NCBI GenBank assembly: GCA_043228905.1
Contig: JBHGNT010000008.1
Coordinates: 186,001 to 250,000 of the forward strand
Source: Azolla caroliniana
Taxonomy: Eukaryota; Plantae; Polypodiophyta
Direction of reading: 5' to 3'
DNA: 64,000 nt
Shown piece after piece: positions 15,910 to 29,800 of the stretch (within the stretch, counting starts at the first letter, position 1; every line of letters starts with the position of its first letter). Made by a program: the position numbers and the translations under genes. Below the pieces are notes generated by a model that saw nothing but the letters and a program-made list of their open reading frames with translations, ran no database searches and was not told where the DNA came from.

Positions 15910-18900
15910 GTAATTTCTTCATGTCTCTCGACCTGAGTTTCAAAATCTTGATTTTTTAATTCCATATCATAGGTAGCATTGTTAGATTCGATTCGCCTGT
16001 TTGAACACTAAAGTCCGATATTCAATGGGCCAGTTATGAACATTTTAATTTACTCTCGGGCTCTTCTCAATCCCTCCTCTAATTTGGTAATTTTTTCATG
16101 TCTCTCGACCTGAGTTTCAAAACCTTGATTTTTTAATTCCATATCATAGCTAGCATTGTTAGATTCGATTCGCCTGTTTGAACACTAAAATCCGATATTC
16201 AATGGGCCAGTTATGAACATTTTAATTTACTCTTGGCCTCTTGTCTACTCCTTCCTCTAATTTGGTAATTTCTTCATGTCTTTCGACATGAGTTTCAAAA
16301 GATTTATTTTTTAAGTCCATATCATAGGTAGCATTGTTAGCTTCGATTCGCATGTTTGAACACTAAAATCCTATATCACATGGGCCAGGTATGAACATTT
16401 TAATTTAATCATGCGCTCTTCTCAATCCCTCGTTTAATTTGGTAATTTCTTCATGTCTCTCGACCTGAGTTTCAAAACCTTGATTTTTTAATTCCATATC
16501 ATAGCTAGCCTTGTTAGCTTCGATTCGTATGTTTGAACACTAAAATCCGATATCACATGGGCCAGGTATGAACATTTTAATTTACTCTCGGGCTCTTCTC
16601 AATCCCTCCTCAAATTTGGTTATTTCTTCATGTCTCTCAACGTGACTTTCAAAATCTTGATTTTTTAATTCCATATCATAACTAGCATTGTTAGCTTCGA
16701 TTCGCATATTTGAACACTAAAATCGGATATCACATGGGCCAGGTATGAACATTTTAATTTACTCTCGGCCTCTTCTCTACTTCCCTCCTCAAATTTGGTT
16801 ATTTCTTCATGTCTCTCAACGTGACTTTCAAAATCCTTATTTTTTACTTCCGTATGATTGCTAACATTGTAACCTTCGATTCAAATGTTTGAACACTAAA
16901 ATCCGAAATCACATGGGACAGGTATGAACATTTTAATTTGATCTCGGGCTCTTCTCAACTCCCTCCTCAAATTTGGTAATTTCTTCATGTCTCTCGACCT
17001 GAGTTTCAAAAGCTTCATTTTTTAATTCCATATCATAGGTAGCATTGTTAGCTTCAATTCGCATGTTTGAACACAAAAATCCGATATCACATGGGCCAGG
17101 TATGAACATTTTAATTTACTCTCGGGCTCTTCTCAACTCCCTCCTCTAATTTGGTAATTTCTTCATATCTCTCGACCTGAGTTTCCAAAGCTTGATTTTC
17201 TAATGCCATATCATAGCTAGCATTGTTAGCTTCGATTCGCATGTTTGAACACTCAAATCCGATATCACATGGGCCAGGTATGAACATTTTAATTTACTCT
17301 TGGGCTCTTCTCAACTCCCTCCTCTAATTTGGTAATTTCTTCATATCTCTCGACGTGAGTTTCCAAAGCTTGATTTTTGAATTCCATATCATAGGTAGCT
17401 GTGCTAGCTTCGATTCGCAAGTTTGAACACTAAAATCCGATATCACATGGGCCAGGTATGAACATTTTAATTTACTCTCGGGCTCTTCTCTACTCCCTCC
17501 TCTAATTTTGGAATTTCTTCATGTCTCTCGACCTGACTTTCAGAAGCTTGATTTTTGAATTCCATATCATAGCTAGCATTGTTAGCTTCGATTCCCATGT
17601 TTGAACACTTAAATCCGATATCACATGGGCCAGGTATGAACATTTTAATTTACTCTCGGGCTCTTCTCAACTACCTCCTCAAATTTGGTAATTTCTTCGT
17701 GTCTCTCGACCTGAGTTTCAAAAGCTTGATTTTTTAATGCCATATCATATCTAGCATTGTTAGCTTCGATTCCCATGTTTGAACACTAAATTCCGATATC
17801 ACATGGGCCAGGTATGAACATTTTAATTTACTCTCGGGCTCTTCTCAATCCCTCCTCTAATTTGGTAATTTCTTCATGTCTCTCGACCTGAGTTTCAAAA
17901 TCTTGATTTTTTAATTCCATATCATAGCTAGCATTGTTAGCTTCAATTCGCCTATTTGAACACTAAAATCCGATATTCAATGGGCCAGTTATGAACATTT
18001 TAATTTACTCTCGGCCTCTTCTCTACTCCTTCCTCTAAATGGGTAATTTCTTCATGTCTTTCGACATGAGTTTCGAAAGATTGATTTTTTAAGTCCATAT
18101 CATAGGTAGCATTGTGAGCTTCGATTCGCATGTTTGAACACTAAAATCCTATATCACATGGGCCAGGTATGAACATTTTAATTTACTCTCGGGCTCTTCT
18201 CAACTCCCTCCTCTAATTTGGTAATTTCTTCATATCTCTCGACCTGAGTTTCCAAAGCTTGATTTTCTAATGCCATATCATAGCTAGCATTGTTAGCTTC
18301 GATTCGCATGTTTGAACACTCAAGTCCGATATCACATGGGCCAGGTATGAACATTTTAATTTACTCTCGGGCTCTTCTCAACTCCCTCCTCAAATTTGGT
18401 TATTTCTTCATGTCTCTTGACGTGAGTTTCAAAAGCTTGATTTTTTAATTCCATATCATAGGTAGCATTGTTAGCTTCGATTCGCATGTTTGAACACAAA
18501 AATCCGATATCACATGGGCCAGGGCTGAACATTTTAATTTACTCTCGGGCTCGTCTCAACTCCCTCCTCAAATTTGGTAATTTCTTCATGTCTCTCGACC
18601 TGAGTTTCAAAAGCTTCATTTTCTAATTCCATATCATAGGTAGCATTGTTAGCTTCAATTAGCATGTTTGAACACAAAAATCCGATATCACATGGGCCAG
18701 GTATGAACATTTTAATTTACTCTCGGGCTCTTCTCAACTCCCTCCTCTAATTTGGTAATTTCTTCCTATCTTTCGACCTGAGTTTCCAAAGATTGATTTT
18801 CTAATGCCATATCATAGCTAGCATTGTTAGCTTCGATTCGCATATTTGAACACTAAAATCCGATATCACATGGGCCAGGTATGAACATTTTAATTTACTC

Positions 18901-20840
18901 TAGGCCTCTTCTCTACTCCCTCCTCTAATTTGGTAATTTCTTCATGTCTCTCGACCTGAGTTTCAAAACATTGATTTTTTAATTCCATATCATAGCTAGC
19001 ATTGTTAGCTTCGATTCCCATGTTTGAACACTAAATTCTGATATCACATGGGCCAGGTATGAACATTTTAATTTACTCTCGGGCTCTTCTCAATCCCTCC
19101 TCTAATTTGGTAATTTCTTCATGTCTCTCGACCTGAGTTTCAAAATCTTGATTTTTTAATTCCATATCATAGGTAGCATTGTTAGATTCGATTCGCCTGT
19201 TTGAACACTAAAGTCCGATATTCAATGGGCCAGTTATGAACATTTTAATTTACTCTCGGGCTCTTCTCAATCCCTCCTCTAATTTGGTAATTTTTTCATG
19301 TCTCTCGACCTGAGTTTCAAAACCTTGATTTTTTAATTCCATATCATAGCTAGCATTGTTAGATTCGATTCGCCTGTTTGAACACTAAAATCCGATATTC
19401 AATGGGCCAGTTATGAACATTTTAATTTACTCTTGGCCTCTTGTCTACTCCTTCCTCTAATTTGGTAATTTCTTCATGTCTTTCGACATGAGTTTCAAAA
19501 GATTTATTTTTTAAGTCCATATCATAGGTAGCATTGTTAGCTTCGATTCGCATGTTTGAACACTAAAATCCTATATCACATGGGCCAGGTATGAACATTT
19601 TAATTTAATCATGCGCTCTTCTCAATCCCTCGTTTAATTTGGTAATTTCTTCATGTCTCTCGACCTGAGTTTCAAAACCTTGATTTTTTAATTCCATATC
19701 ATAGCTAGCCTTGTTAGCTTCGAATCGTATGTTTGAACACTAAAATCCGATATCACATGGGCCAGGTATGAACATTTTAATTTACTCTCGGGCTCTTCTC
19801 AATCCCTCCTCAAATTTGGTTATTTCTTCATGTCTCTCAACGTGACTTTCAAAATCTTGATTTTTTAATTCCATATCATAGCTAGCATTGTTAGCTTCGA
19901 TTCGCATATTTGAACACTAAAATCGGATATCACATGGGCCAGGTATGAACATTTTAATTTACTCTCGGCCTCTTCTCTACTTCCCTCCTCAAATTTGGTT
20001 ATTTCTTCATGTCTCTCAACGTGACTTTCAAAATCCTTATTTTTTACTTCCGTATGATTGCTAACATTGTAACCTTCGATTCAAATGTTTGAACACTAAA
20101 ATCCGAAATCACATGGGACAGGTATGAACATTTTAATTTGATCTCGGGCTCTTCTCAACTCCCTCCTCAAATTTGGTAATTTCTTCATGTCTCTCGACCT
20201 GAGTTTCAAAAGCTTCATTTTTTAATTCCATATCATAGGTAGCATTGTTAGCTTCCATTCGCATGTTTGAACACAAAAATCCGATATCACATGGGCTAGG
20301 TATGAACATTTTAATTTACTCTCGGGCTCTTCTCAACTCCCTCCTCTAATTTGGTAATTTCTTCATATCTCTCGACCTGAGTTTCCAAAGCTTTATTTTC
20401 TAATGCCATATCATAGCTAGCATTGTTAGCTTCGATTCGCATGTTTGAACACTCAAATCCGATATCACATGGGCCAGGTATGAACATTTTAATTTACTCT
20501 CGGGCTCTTCTCAACTCCCTCCTCTAATTTGGTAATTTCTTCATATCTCTCGACGTGAGTTTCCAAAGCTTGATTTTTGAATTCCATATCATAGGTAGCT
20601 GTGCTAGCTTCGATTCGCAAGTTTGAACACTAAAATCCGATATCACATGGGCCAGGTATGAACATTTTAATTTACTCTCGGGCTCTTCTCTACTCCCTCC
20701 TCTAATTTTGGAATTTCTTCATGTCTCTCGACCTGACTTTCAAAAGCTTGATTTTTGAATTCCATATCATAGCTAGCATTGTTAGCTTCGATTCCCATGT
20801 TTGAACACTAAAATCCGATATCACATGGGCCAGGTATGAA
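14400..20840. repeat. Higher-order repeat: two tandem copies of a different 3200-bp 18-mer
   Basis: TTGTCTACTC at 16241/19441, AATCGGATAT at 16721/19921, AGGGCTGAAC at 15321/18521 and CTACCTCCTC at 14471/17671 are all exactly 3200 bp apart. Confidence 0.9.
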
Positions 20841-23800
20841 CATTTTAATTTACTCTCGGGCTCTTCTCAATCCCTCCTCTAATTTGGTAATATCTTCATG
20901 TCTCTCGACCTGAGTTTCAAAATCTTGATTTTTTAATTCCATATCATAGCTAGCATTGTTAGCTTCGATTCGCATGTTTGAACACAAAAATCCGATATCA
21001 CATGGGCCAGGTATGAACATTTTAATTTACTCATGCGCTCTTCTCAATCCCTCCTTTATTTTGGTAATTTCTTCATGTCTCTCGACCTGAGTTTCAAAAG
21101 CTTCATTTTTTAATTCCATATCATAGGTAGCATTGTTAGCTTCGATTCGCATGTTTGAACACAAAAATCCGATATCACATGGCCTAGGTATGAAGATTTT
21201 AATTTACTCTCGGGCTCTTCTCAACTCCCTCCTCTAATTTGGTAATTTCTTCATATCTCTCGACCTGAGTTTCCAAAGCTTGATTTTCTAATGCCATATC
21301 ATAGCTAGCATTGTTAGCTTCGATTCGCATGTTTGAACACTCAAATCCGATATCACATGGGCCAGGTATGAACATTTTAATTTACTCTCGGGCTCTTCTC
21401 AACTCCCTCCTCAAATTTGGTTATTTCTTCATGTCTCTTGACGTGAGTTTCAAAAGCTTGATTTTTTAATTCCATATCATAGGTAGCATTGTTAGCTTCG
21501 ATTCGCATGTTTGACCACAAAAATCCGATATCACATGGGCCAGGGCTGAACATTTTAATTTACTCTCGAGCTCGTCTCAACTCCCTCCTCAAATTTGCTA
21601 ATTTCTTCAATGGGCCAGTTATGAACATTTTAATTTACTCTCGGCCTCTTCTCTACTCCTTCCTCTAATTAGGTAATTTCTTCATGTCTTTCGACATGAG
21701 TTTCAAAAGATTGATTTTTTAATTCGATATCATAGGTAGCATTGTTAGCTTCGATTCGCATGTTTGAACACTAAAATCCTATATCACATGGGCCAGGTAT
21801 AACATTTTAATTTACTCATGCGCTCTTCTCAATCCCTCCTTTAATTTGGTAATTTCATCATGTCTCTCGACATGAGTTTCAAAATCTTGATTTTTTAATT
21901 CCATATCATAGCTACCGTTGTTAGCTTCGATTCGCATGTTTGAACACTAAAATCCGATATCACATGGGCCAGGTATGAACATTTTAATTTACTCTCGGGC
22001 TCTTCTCAACTCCCTCCTCTAATTTGGTAATTTCTTCATATCTCTCGACCTGAGTTTCCAAAGCTTGATTTTCTAATGCCATATCATAGCTAGCATTGTT
22101 AGCTTCGATTCGCATGTTTGAACACTAAAGTCCGATATCACATGGGCCAGGTATGAACATTATAATTTACTCTCGGGCTCTTCTCAACTCCCTCCTGAAA
22201 TTTGGTTATTTTTTCATGTCTCTCGACCTGACTTTCAAAAGCTTGATTTTTGAATTCCATATCATAGCTAGCATTGTTAGCTTCGATTCCCATGTTTGAA
22301 CACTAAAATCCGATATCACATGGGCCAGGTATGAACATTTTAATTTTCTCTCGGGCTCTTCTCAATCCCTCCTCTAATTTGGTAATATCTTCATGTCTCT
22401 CGACCTGAGTTTCAAAATCTTGATTTTTTAATTCCATATCATAGCTAGCATTGTTAGCTTCGATTCGCATGTTTGAACACAAAAATCCGATATCACATGG
22501 GCCAGGTATAACATTTTAATTTACTCATGCGCTCTTCTCAATCCCTCCTTTAATTTGGTAATTTCTTCATGTCTCTCGACATGAGTTTCAAAATCTTGAT
22601 TTTTTAATTCGATATCATAGCTACCGTTGTTAGCTTCGATTCGCATGTTTGAACACTAAAATCCGATATCACATGGGCCAGGTATGAACATTTTAATTTA
22701 CTCTCGGGCTCTTATCAACTCCCTCCTCAAATTTGGTTATTTCTTCATGTCTCTCAACGTGACTTTCAAAATCCTTATTTTTTACTTCCATATGATAGCT
22801 AACATTGTAAGCTTCGATACAAATGTTTGAACACTAAAATCCGATATCAGATGGGACAGGTATGAACATTTTAATTTACTCTCGGGCTCTTCTCAACTCC
22901 CTCCTCAAATTTGGTAATTTCTTCATGTCTCTCGACCTGAGTTTCAAAAGCTTCATTTTTTAATTCCATATCATAGGTAGCATTGTTAGCTTCAATTAGC
23001 ATGTTTGAACACAAAAATCCGATATCACATGGGCCAGGTATGAACATTTTAATTTACTCTGGGGCTCTTCTCAACTCCCTCCTCTAATTTGGTAATTTCT
23101 TCATATCTCTCGACCTGAGTTTCCAAAGATTGATTTTCTAATGCCATATCATAGCTAGCCTTGTTAGCTTCGATTCGCATATTTGAACACTAAAATCCGA
23201 TATCACATGGGCCAGGTATGAACATTTTAATTTACTCTAGGCCTCTTCTCTACTCCCTCCTCTAATTTGGTAATTTCTTCATGTCTCTCGACCTGAGTTT
23301 CAAAACAATTATTTTTTAATTCCATATCATAGCTAGCATTGTTAGCTTCGATTCCCATGTTTGAACACTAAATTCCGATATCACATGGGCCAGGTATGAA
23401 CATTTTAATTTACTCTCGGGCTCTTCTCAATCCCTCCTCTAATTTGGTAATTTCTTCATGTCTCTCGACCTGAGTTTCAAAATCTTGATTTTTCAATTCC
23501 ATATCATAGGTAGCATTGTTAGATTCGATTCGCCTGTTTGAACACTAAAGTCCGATATTCAATGGGCCAGTTATGAACATTTTAATTTACTCTCGGGCTC
23601 TTCTCAATCCCTCCTCTAATCTGGTAGTTTCTTCATGTCTCTCGACCTGAGTTTCAAACTCTTGATTTTTTAATTCCATATCATAGCTAGCATTGTTAGA
23701 TTCGATTCGCCTGTTTGAACACTAAAATCCGATATTCAATGGGCCAGTTATGAACATTTTAATTTACTCTTGGCCTCTTCTCTACTCCTTCCTCTAATTT

Positions 23801-26800
23801 GGTAATTTCTTCATGTCTTTCGACATGAGTTTCAAAAGATTTATTTTTTAAGTCCATATCATAGGTAGCATTGTTAGCTTCGATTCGCATGTTTGAACAC
23901 TAAAATCCTATATCACATGGGCCAGGTATGAACATTTTAATTTAATCATGCGCTCTTCTCAATCCCTCCTTTAATTTGGTAATTTCTTCATGTCTCTCGA
24001 CCTGAGTTTCAAAACCTTGATTTTTAAATTCCATATCATAGCTAGCATTGTTAGATTCGATTCGCCTGTTTGAACACTAAAGTCCGATATTCAATGGGCC
24101 AGTTATGAACATTTTAATTTACTCTCGGGCTCTTCTCAATCCCTCCTCTAATTTGGTAATTTCTTCATGTCTCTCGACCTGAGTTTCAAAATCTTGATTT
24201 TTTAATTCCATATCATAGCTAGCATTGTTAGATTCGATTCGCCTGTTTGAACACTAAAATCCGATATTCAATGGGCCAGTTATGAACATTTTAATTTACT
24301 CTTGGCTTCTTCTCTACTCCTTCCTCTAATTTGGTAATTTCTTCATGTCTTTCGACATGAGTTTCAAAAGATTTATTTTTTAAGTCCATATCATAGGTAG
24401 CATTGTTAGCTTCGATTCGCATGTTTGAACACTAAAATCCTATATCACATGGGCCAGGTATGAACATTTTAATTTAATCATGCGCTCTTCTCAATCCCTC
24501 CTTTAATTTGGTAATTTCTTCATGTCTCTCGACCTGAGTTTCAAAACCTTGATTTTTTAATTCCATATCATAGCTAGCCTTGTTAGCTTCGAATCGTATG
24601 TTTGAACACTAAAATCCGATATCACATGGGCCAGGTATGAACATTTTCATTTACTCTCGGGCTCTTCTCAATCCCTCGTTTAATTTGGTAATTTCTTCAT
24701 GTCTCTCGACCTGAGTTTCAAAACCTTGATTTTTTAATTCCATATCATAGCTAGCCTTGTTAGCTTCGATTCGTATGTTTGAACACTAAAATCCGATATC
24801 ACATGGGCCAGGTATGAACATTTTAATTTACTCTCGGCCTCTTCTCTACTTCCCTCCTCAAATTTGGTTATTTCTTCATGTCTCTCAACGTGACTTTCAA
24901 AATCCTTATTTTTTACTTCCATATGATTGCTAACATTGTAACCTTCGATTCAAATGTTTGAACACTAAAATCCGAAATCACATGGGACAGGTATGAACAT
25001 TTTAATTTGATCTCGGGCTCTTCTCAACTCCCTCCTCAAATTTGGTAATTTCTTCATGTCTCTCGACCTGAGTTTCAAAAGCTTCATTTTTTAATTCCAT
25101 ATCATAGGTAGCATTGTTAGCTTCAATTCGCATGTTTGAACACAAAAATCCGATATCACATGGGCCAGGTATGAACATTTTAATTTACTCTCGGGCTCTT
25201 CTCAACTCCCTCCTCTAATTTGGTAATTTCTTCATATCTCTCGACCTGAGTTTCCAAAGCTTTATTTTCTAATGCCATATCATAGCTAGCATTGTTAGCT
25301 TCGATTCGCCTGTTTGAACACTAAAATCCGATATCACATGGGCCAGGTATGAACATTTTAATTTACTCTCGGGCTCTTCTCAACTCCCTCCTCTAATTTG
25401 GTAATTTCTTCATGTCTTTCGACATGAGTTTCAAAAGATTTATTTTTTAAGTCCATATCATAGGTAGCATTGTTAGCTTCGATTCGCATGTTTGAACACT
25501 AAAATCCTATATCACATGGGCCAGGTATGAACATTTTAATTTAATCATGCGCTCTTCTCAATCCCTCCTTTAATTTGGTAATTTCTTCATGTCTCTCGAC
25601 CTGAGTTTCAAAACCTTGATTTTTTCATTCCATATCATAGCTAGCCTTGTTAGCTTCGATTTGTATGTTTGAACACTAAAATCCGATATCACATGGGCCA
25701 GGTATGAACATTTTAATTTACTCTCGGGCTCTTCTCAATCCCTCCTCAAATTTGGTAATTTCTTCATGTCTCTCAACGTGACTTTCAAAATCTTGATTTT
25801 TTAATTCCATATCATAGCTAGCATTGTTAGCTTCGATTCGCATGTTTGAACACTAAAATCCGATATCACATGGGCCAGGTATGAACATTTTAATTTACTC
25901 TCGGCCTCTTCTCTACTTCCCTCCTCAAATTTGGTTATTTCTTCATGTCTCTCAACGTGACTTTCAAAATCCTTATTTTTTACTTCCATATGATTGCTAA
26001 CATTGTAACCTTCGATTCAAATGTTTGAACACTAAAATCCGAAATCACATGGGACAGGTATGAACATTTTAATTTGATCTCGGGCTCTTCTCAACTCCCT
26101 CCTCAAATTTGGTAATTTCTTCATGTCTCTCGACCTGAGTTTCAAAAGCTTCATTTTTTAATTCCATATCATAGGTAGCATTGTTAGCTTCAATTCGCAT
26201 GTTTGAACACAAAAATCCGATATCACATGGGCCAGGTATGAACATTTTAATTTACTCTCGGGCTCTTCTCAACTCCCTCCTCTAATTTGGTAATTTCTTC
26301 ATATCTCTCGACCTGAGTTTCCAAAGCTTGATTTTCTAATGCCATATCATAGCTAGCATTGTTAGCTTCGATTCGCATGTTTGAACACTCAAATCCGATA
26401 TCATATGGGCCAGGTATGAACATTTTAATTTACTCTCGGGCTCTTCTCAACTCCCTCCTCTAATTTGGTAATTTCTTCATATCTCTCGACGTGAGTTTCC
26501 AAAGCTTGATTTTTGAATTCCATATCATAGGTAGCTGTGCTAGCTTCGATTCGCAAGTTTGAACACTAAAATCCGATATCACATGGGCCAGGTATGAACA
26601 TTTTAATTTACTCTCGGGCTCTTCTCTACTCCCTCCTCTAATTTTGGAATTTCTTCATGTCTCTCGACCTGACTTTCAAAAGCTTGATTTTTGAATTCCA
26701 TATCATAGCTAGCATTGTTAGCTTCGATTCCCATGTTTGAACACTAAAATCCGATATCACATGGGCCAGGTATGAACATTTTAATTTTCTCTCGGGCTCT

Positions 26801-29800
26801 TCTCAATCCCTCCTCTAATTTGGTAATATCTTCATGTCTCTCGACCTGAGTTTCAAAATCTTGATTTTTTAATTCCATATCATAGCTAGCATTGTTAGCT
26901 TCGATTCGCATGTTTGAACACAAAAATCCGATATCACATGGGCCAGGTATGAACATTTTAATTTACTCATGCGCTCTTCTCAATCCCTCCTTTAATTTGG
27001 TAATTTCTTCATGTCTCTCGACATGAGTTTCAAAATCTTGATTTTTTAATTCGATATCATAGCTACCGTTGTTAGCTTCGATTCGCATGTTTGAACACTA
27101 AAATCCGATATCACATGGGCCAGGTATGAACATTTTAATTTACTCTCGGGCTCTTCTCAACTCCCTCCTCAAATTTGGTTATTTCTTCATGTCTCTCAAC
27201 GTGAGTTTCAAAATCCTTATTTTTTACTTCCATATGATAGCTAACATTGTAAGCTTCGATTCAAATGTTTGAACACTAAAATCCGATATAAGATGGGACA
27301 GGTATGAACATTTTAATTTACTCTCGGGCTCTTCTCAACTCCCTCCTCAAATTTGGTAATTTCTTCATGTCTCTCGACCTGAGTTTCAAAAGCTTCATTT
27401 TTTAATTCCATATCATAGGTAGCATTGTTAGCTTCGATTCGCATGTTTGAACACAAAAATCCGATATCACATGGCCTAGGTATGAAGATTTTAATTTACT
27501 CTCGGGCTCTTCTCAACTTTCCTCCTCTAATTTGGTAATTTCTTCATATCTCTCGACCTGAGTTTCCAAAGCTTGATTTTCTAATGCCATATCATAGCTA
27601 GCATTGTTAGCTTCGATTCGCATGTTTGAACACTCAAATCCGATATCACATGGGCCAGGTATGAACATTTTAATTTACTCTCGGGCTCTTCTCAACTCCC
27701 TCCTCAAATTTGGTTATTTCTTCATGTCTCTTGACGTGAGTTTCAAAAGCTTGATTTTTTAATTCCATATCATAGGTAGCATTGTTAGCTTCGATTCGCA
27801 TGTTTGACCACAAAAATCCGATATCACATGGGCCAGGGCTGAACATTTTAATTTACTCTCGAGCTCGTCTCAACTCCCTCCTCAAATTTGGTAATTTCTT
27901 CATGTCTCCTGACCTGAGTTTCAAAAGCTTCATTTTTTAATTCCATATCATAGGTAGCATTGTTAGCTTCAATTAGCATGTTTGAACACAAAAATCCGAT
28001 ATCACATGGGCCAGGTATGAACATTTTAATTTACTCTGGGGCTCTTCTCAACTCCCTCCTCTAATTTGGTAATTTCTTCATATCTCTCGACCTGAGTTTC
28101 CAAAGATTGATTTTCTAATGCCATATCATAGCTAGCCTTGTTAGCTTCGATTCGCATATTTGAACACTAAAATCCGATATCACATGGGCCAGGTATGAAC
28201 ATTTTAATTTACTCTAGGCCTCTTCTCTACTCCCTCCTCTAATTTGGTAATTTCTTCATGTCTCTCGACCTGAGTTTCAAAACAATTATTTTTTAATTTC
28301 ATATCATAGCTAGCATTGTTAGCTTCGATTCCCATGTTTGAACACTAAATTCCGATATCACATGGGCCAGGTATGAACATTTTAATTTACTCTCGGGCTC
28401 TTCTCAATCCCTCCTCTAATTTGGTAATTTCTTCATGTCTCTCGACCTGAGTTTCAAAATCTTGATTTTTCAATTCCATATCATAGGTAGCATTGTTAGA
28501 TTCGATTCGCCTATTTGAACACTAAAGTCCGATATTCAATGGGCCAGTTATGAACATTTTAATTTACTCTCGGGCTCTTCTCAATCCCTCCTCTAATCTG
28601 GTAATTTCTTCATGTCTCTCGACCTGAGTTTCAAAATCTTGATTTTTTAATTCCATATCATAGCTAGCATTGTTAGATTCGATTCGCCTGTTTGAACACT
28701 AAAATCCGATATTCGATGGGCCAGTTATGAACATTTTAATTTACTCTTGGCCTCTTCTCTACTCCTTCCTCTAATTTGGTAATTTCTTCATGTCTTTCGA
28801 CATGAGTTTCAAAAGATTTATTTTTTAAGTCCATATCATAGGTAGCATTGTTAGCTTCGATTCGCATGTTTGAACACTAAAATCCTATATCACATGGGCC
28901 AGGTATGAACATTTTAATTTAATCATGCGCTCTTCTCAATCCCTCCTTTAATTTGGTAATTTCTTCATGTCTCTCGACCTGAGTTTCAAAACCTTGATTT
29001 TTTAATTCCATATCATAGCTAGCATTGTTTGCTTCGATTCGTATGTTTGAACACTAAAATCCGATATCACATGGGCCAGGTATGAACATTTTAATTTACT
29101 CTCGGGCTCTTCTCAATCCCTCCTCAAATTTGGTTATTTCTTCATGTCTCTCAACGTGACTTTCAAAATCTTGATTTTTTAATTCCATATCATGGCTAGC
29201 ATTGTTAGCTTCGATTCGCATATTTGAACACTAAAATCCGATATCACATGGGCCAGGTATGAACATTTTAATTTACTCTCGGCCTCTTCTCTACTTCCCT
29301 CCTCAAATTTGGTTATTTCTTCATGTCTCTCAACGTGACTTTCAAAATCCTTATTTTTTACTTCCATATGATTGCTAACATTGTAACCTTCGATTCAAAT
29401 GTTTGAACACTAAAATCCGAAATCACATGGGACAGGTATGAACATTTTAATTTGATCTCGGGCTCTTCTCAACTCCCTCCTCAAATTTGGTAATTTCTTC
29501 ATGTCTCTCGACCTGAGTTTCAAAAGCTTCATTTTTTAATTCCATATCATAGGTAGCATTGTTAGCTTCAATTCGCATGTTTGAACACAAAAATCCGATA
29601 TCACATGGGCCAGGTATGAACATTTTAATTTACTCTCGGGCTCTTCTCAACTCCCTCCTCTAATTTGGTAATTTCTTCATATCTCTCGACCTGAGTTTCC
29701 AAAGCTTGATTTTCTAATGCCATATCATAGCTAGCATTGTTAGCTTCGATTCGCATGTTTGAACACTCAAATCCGATATCACATGGGCCAGGTATGAACA

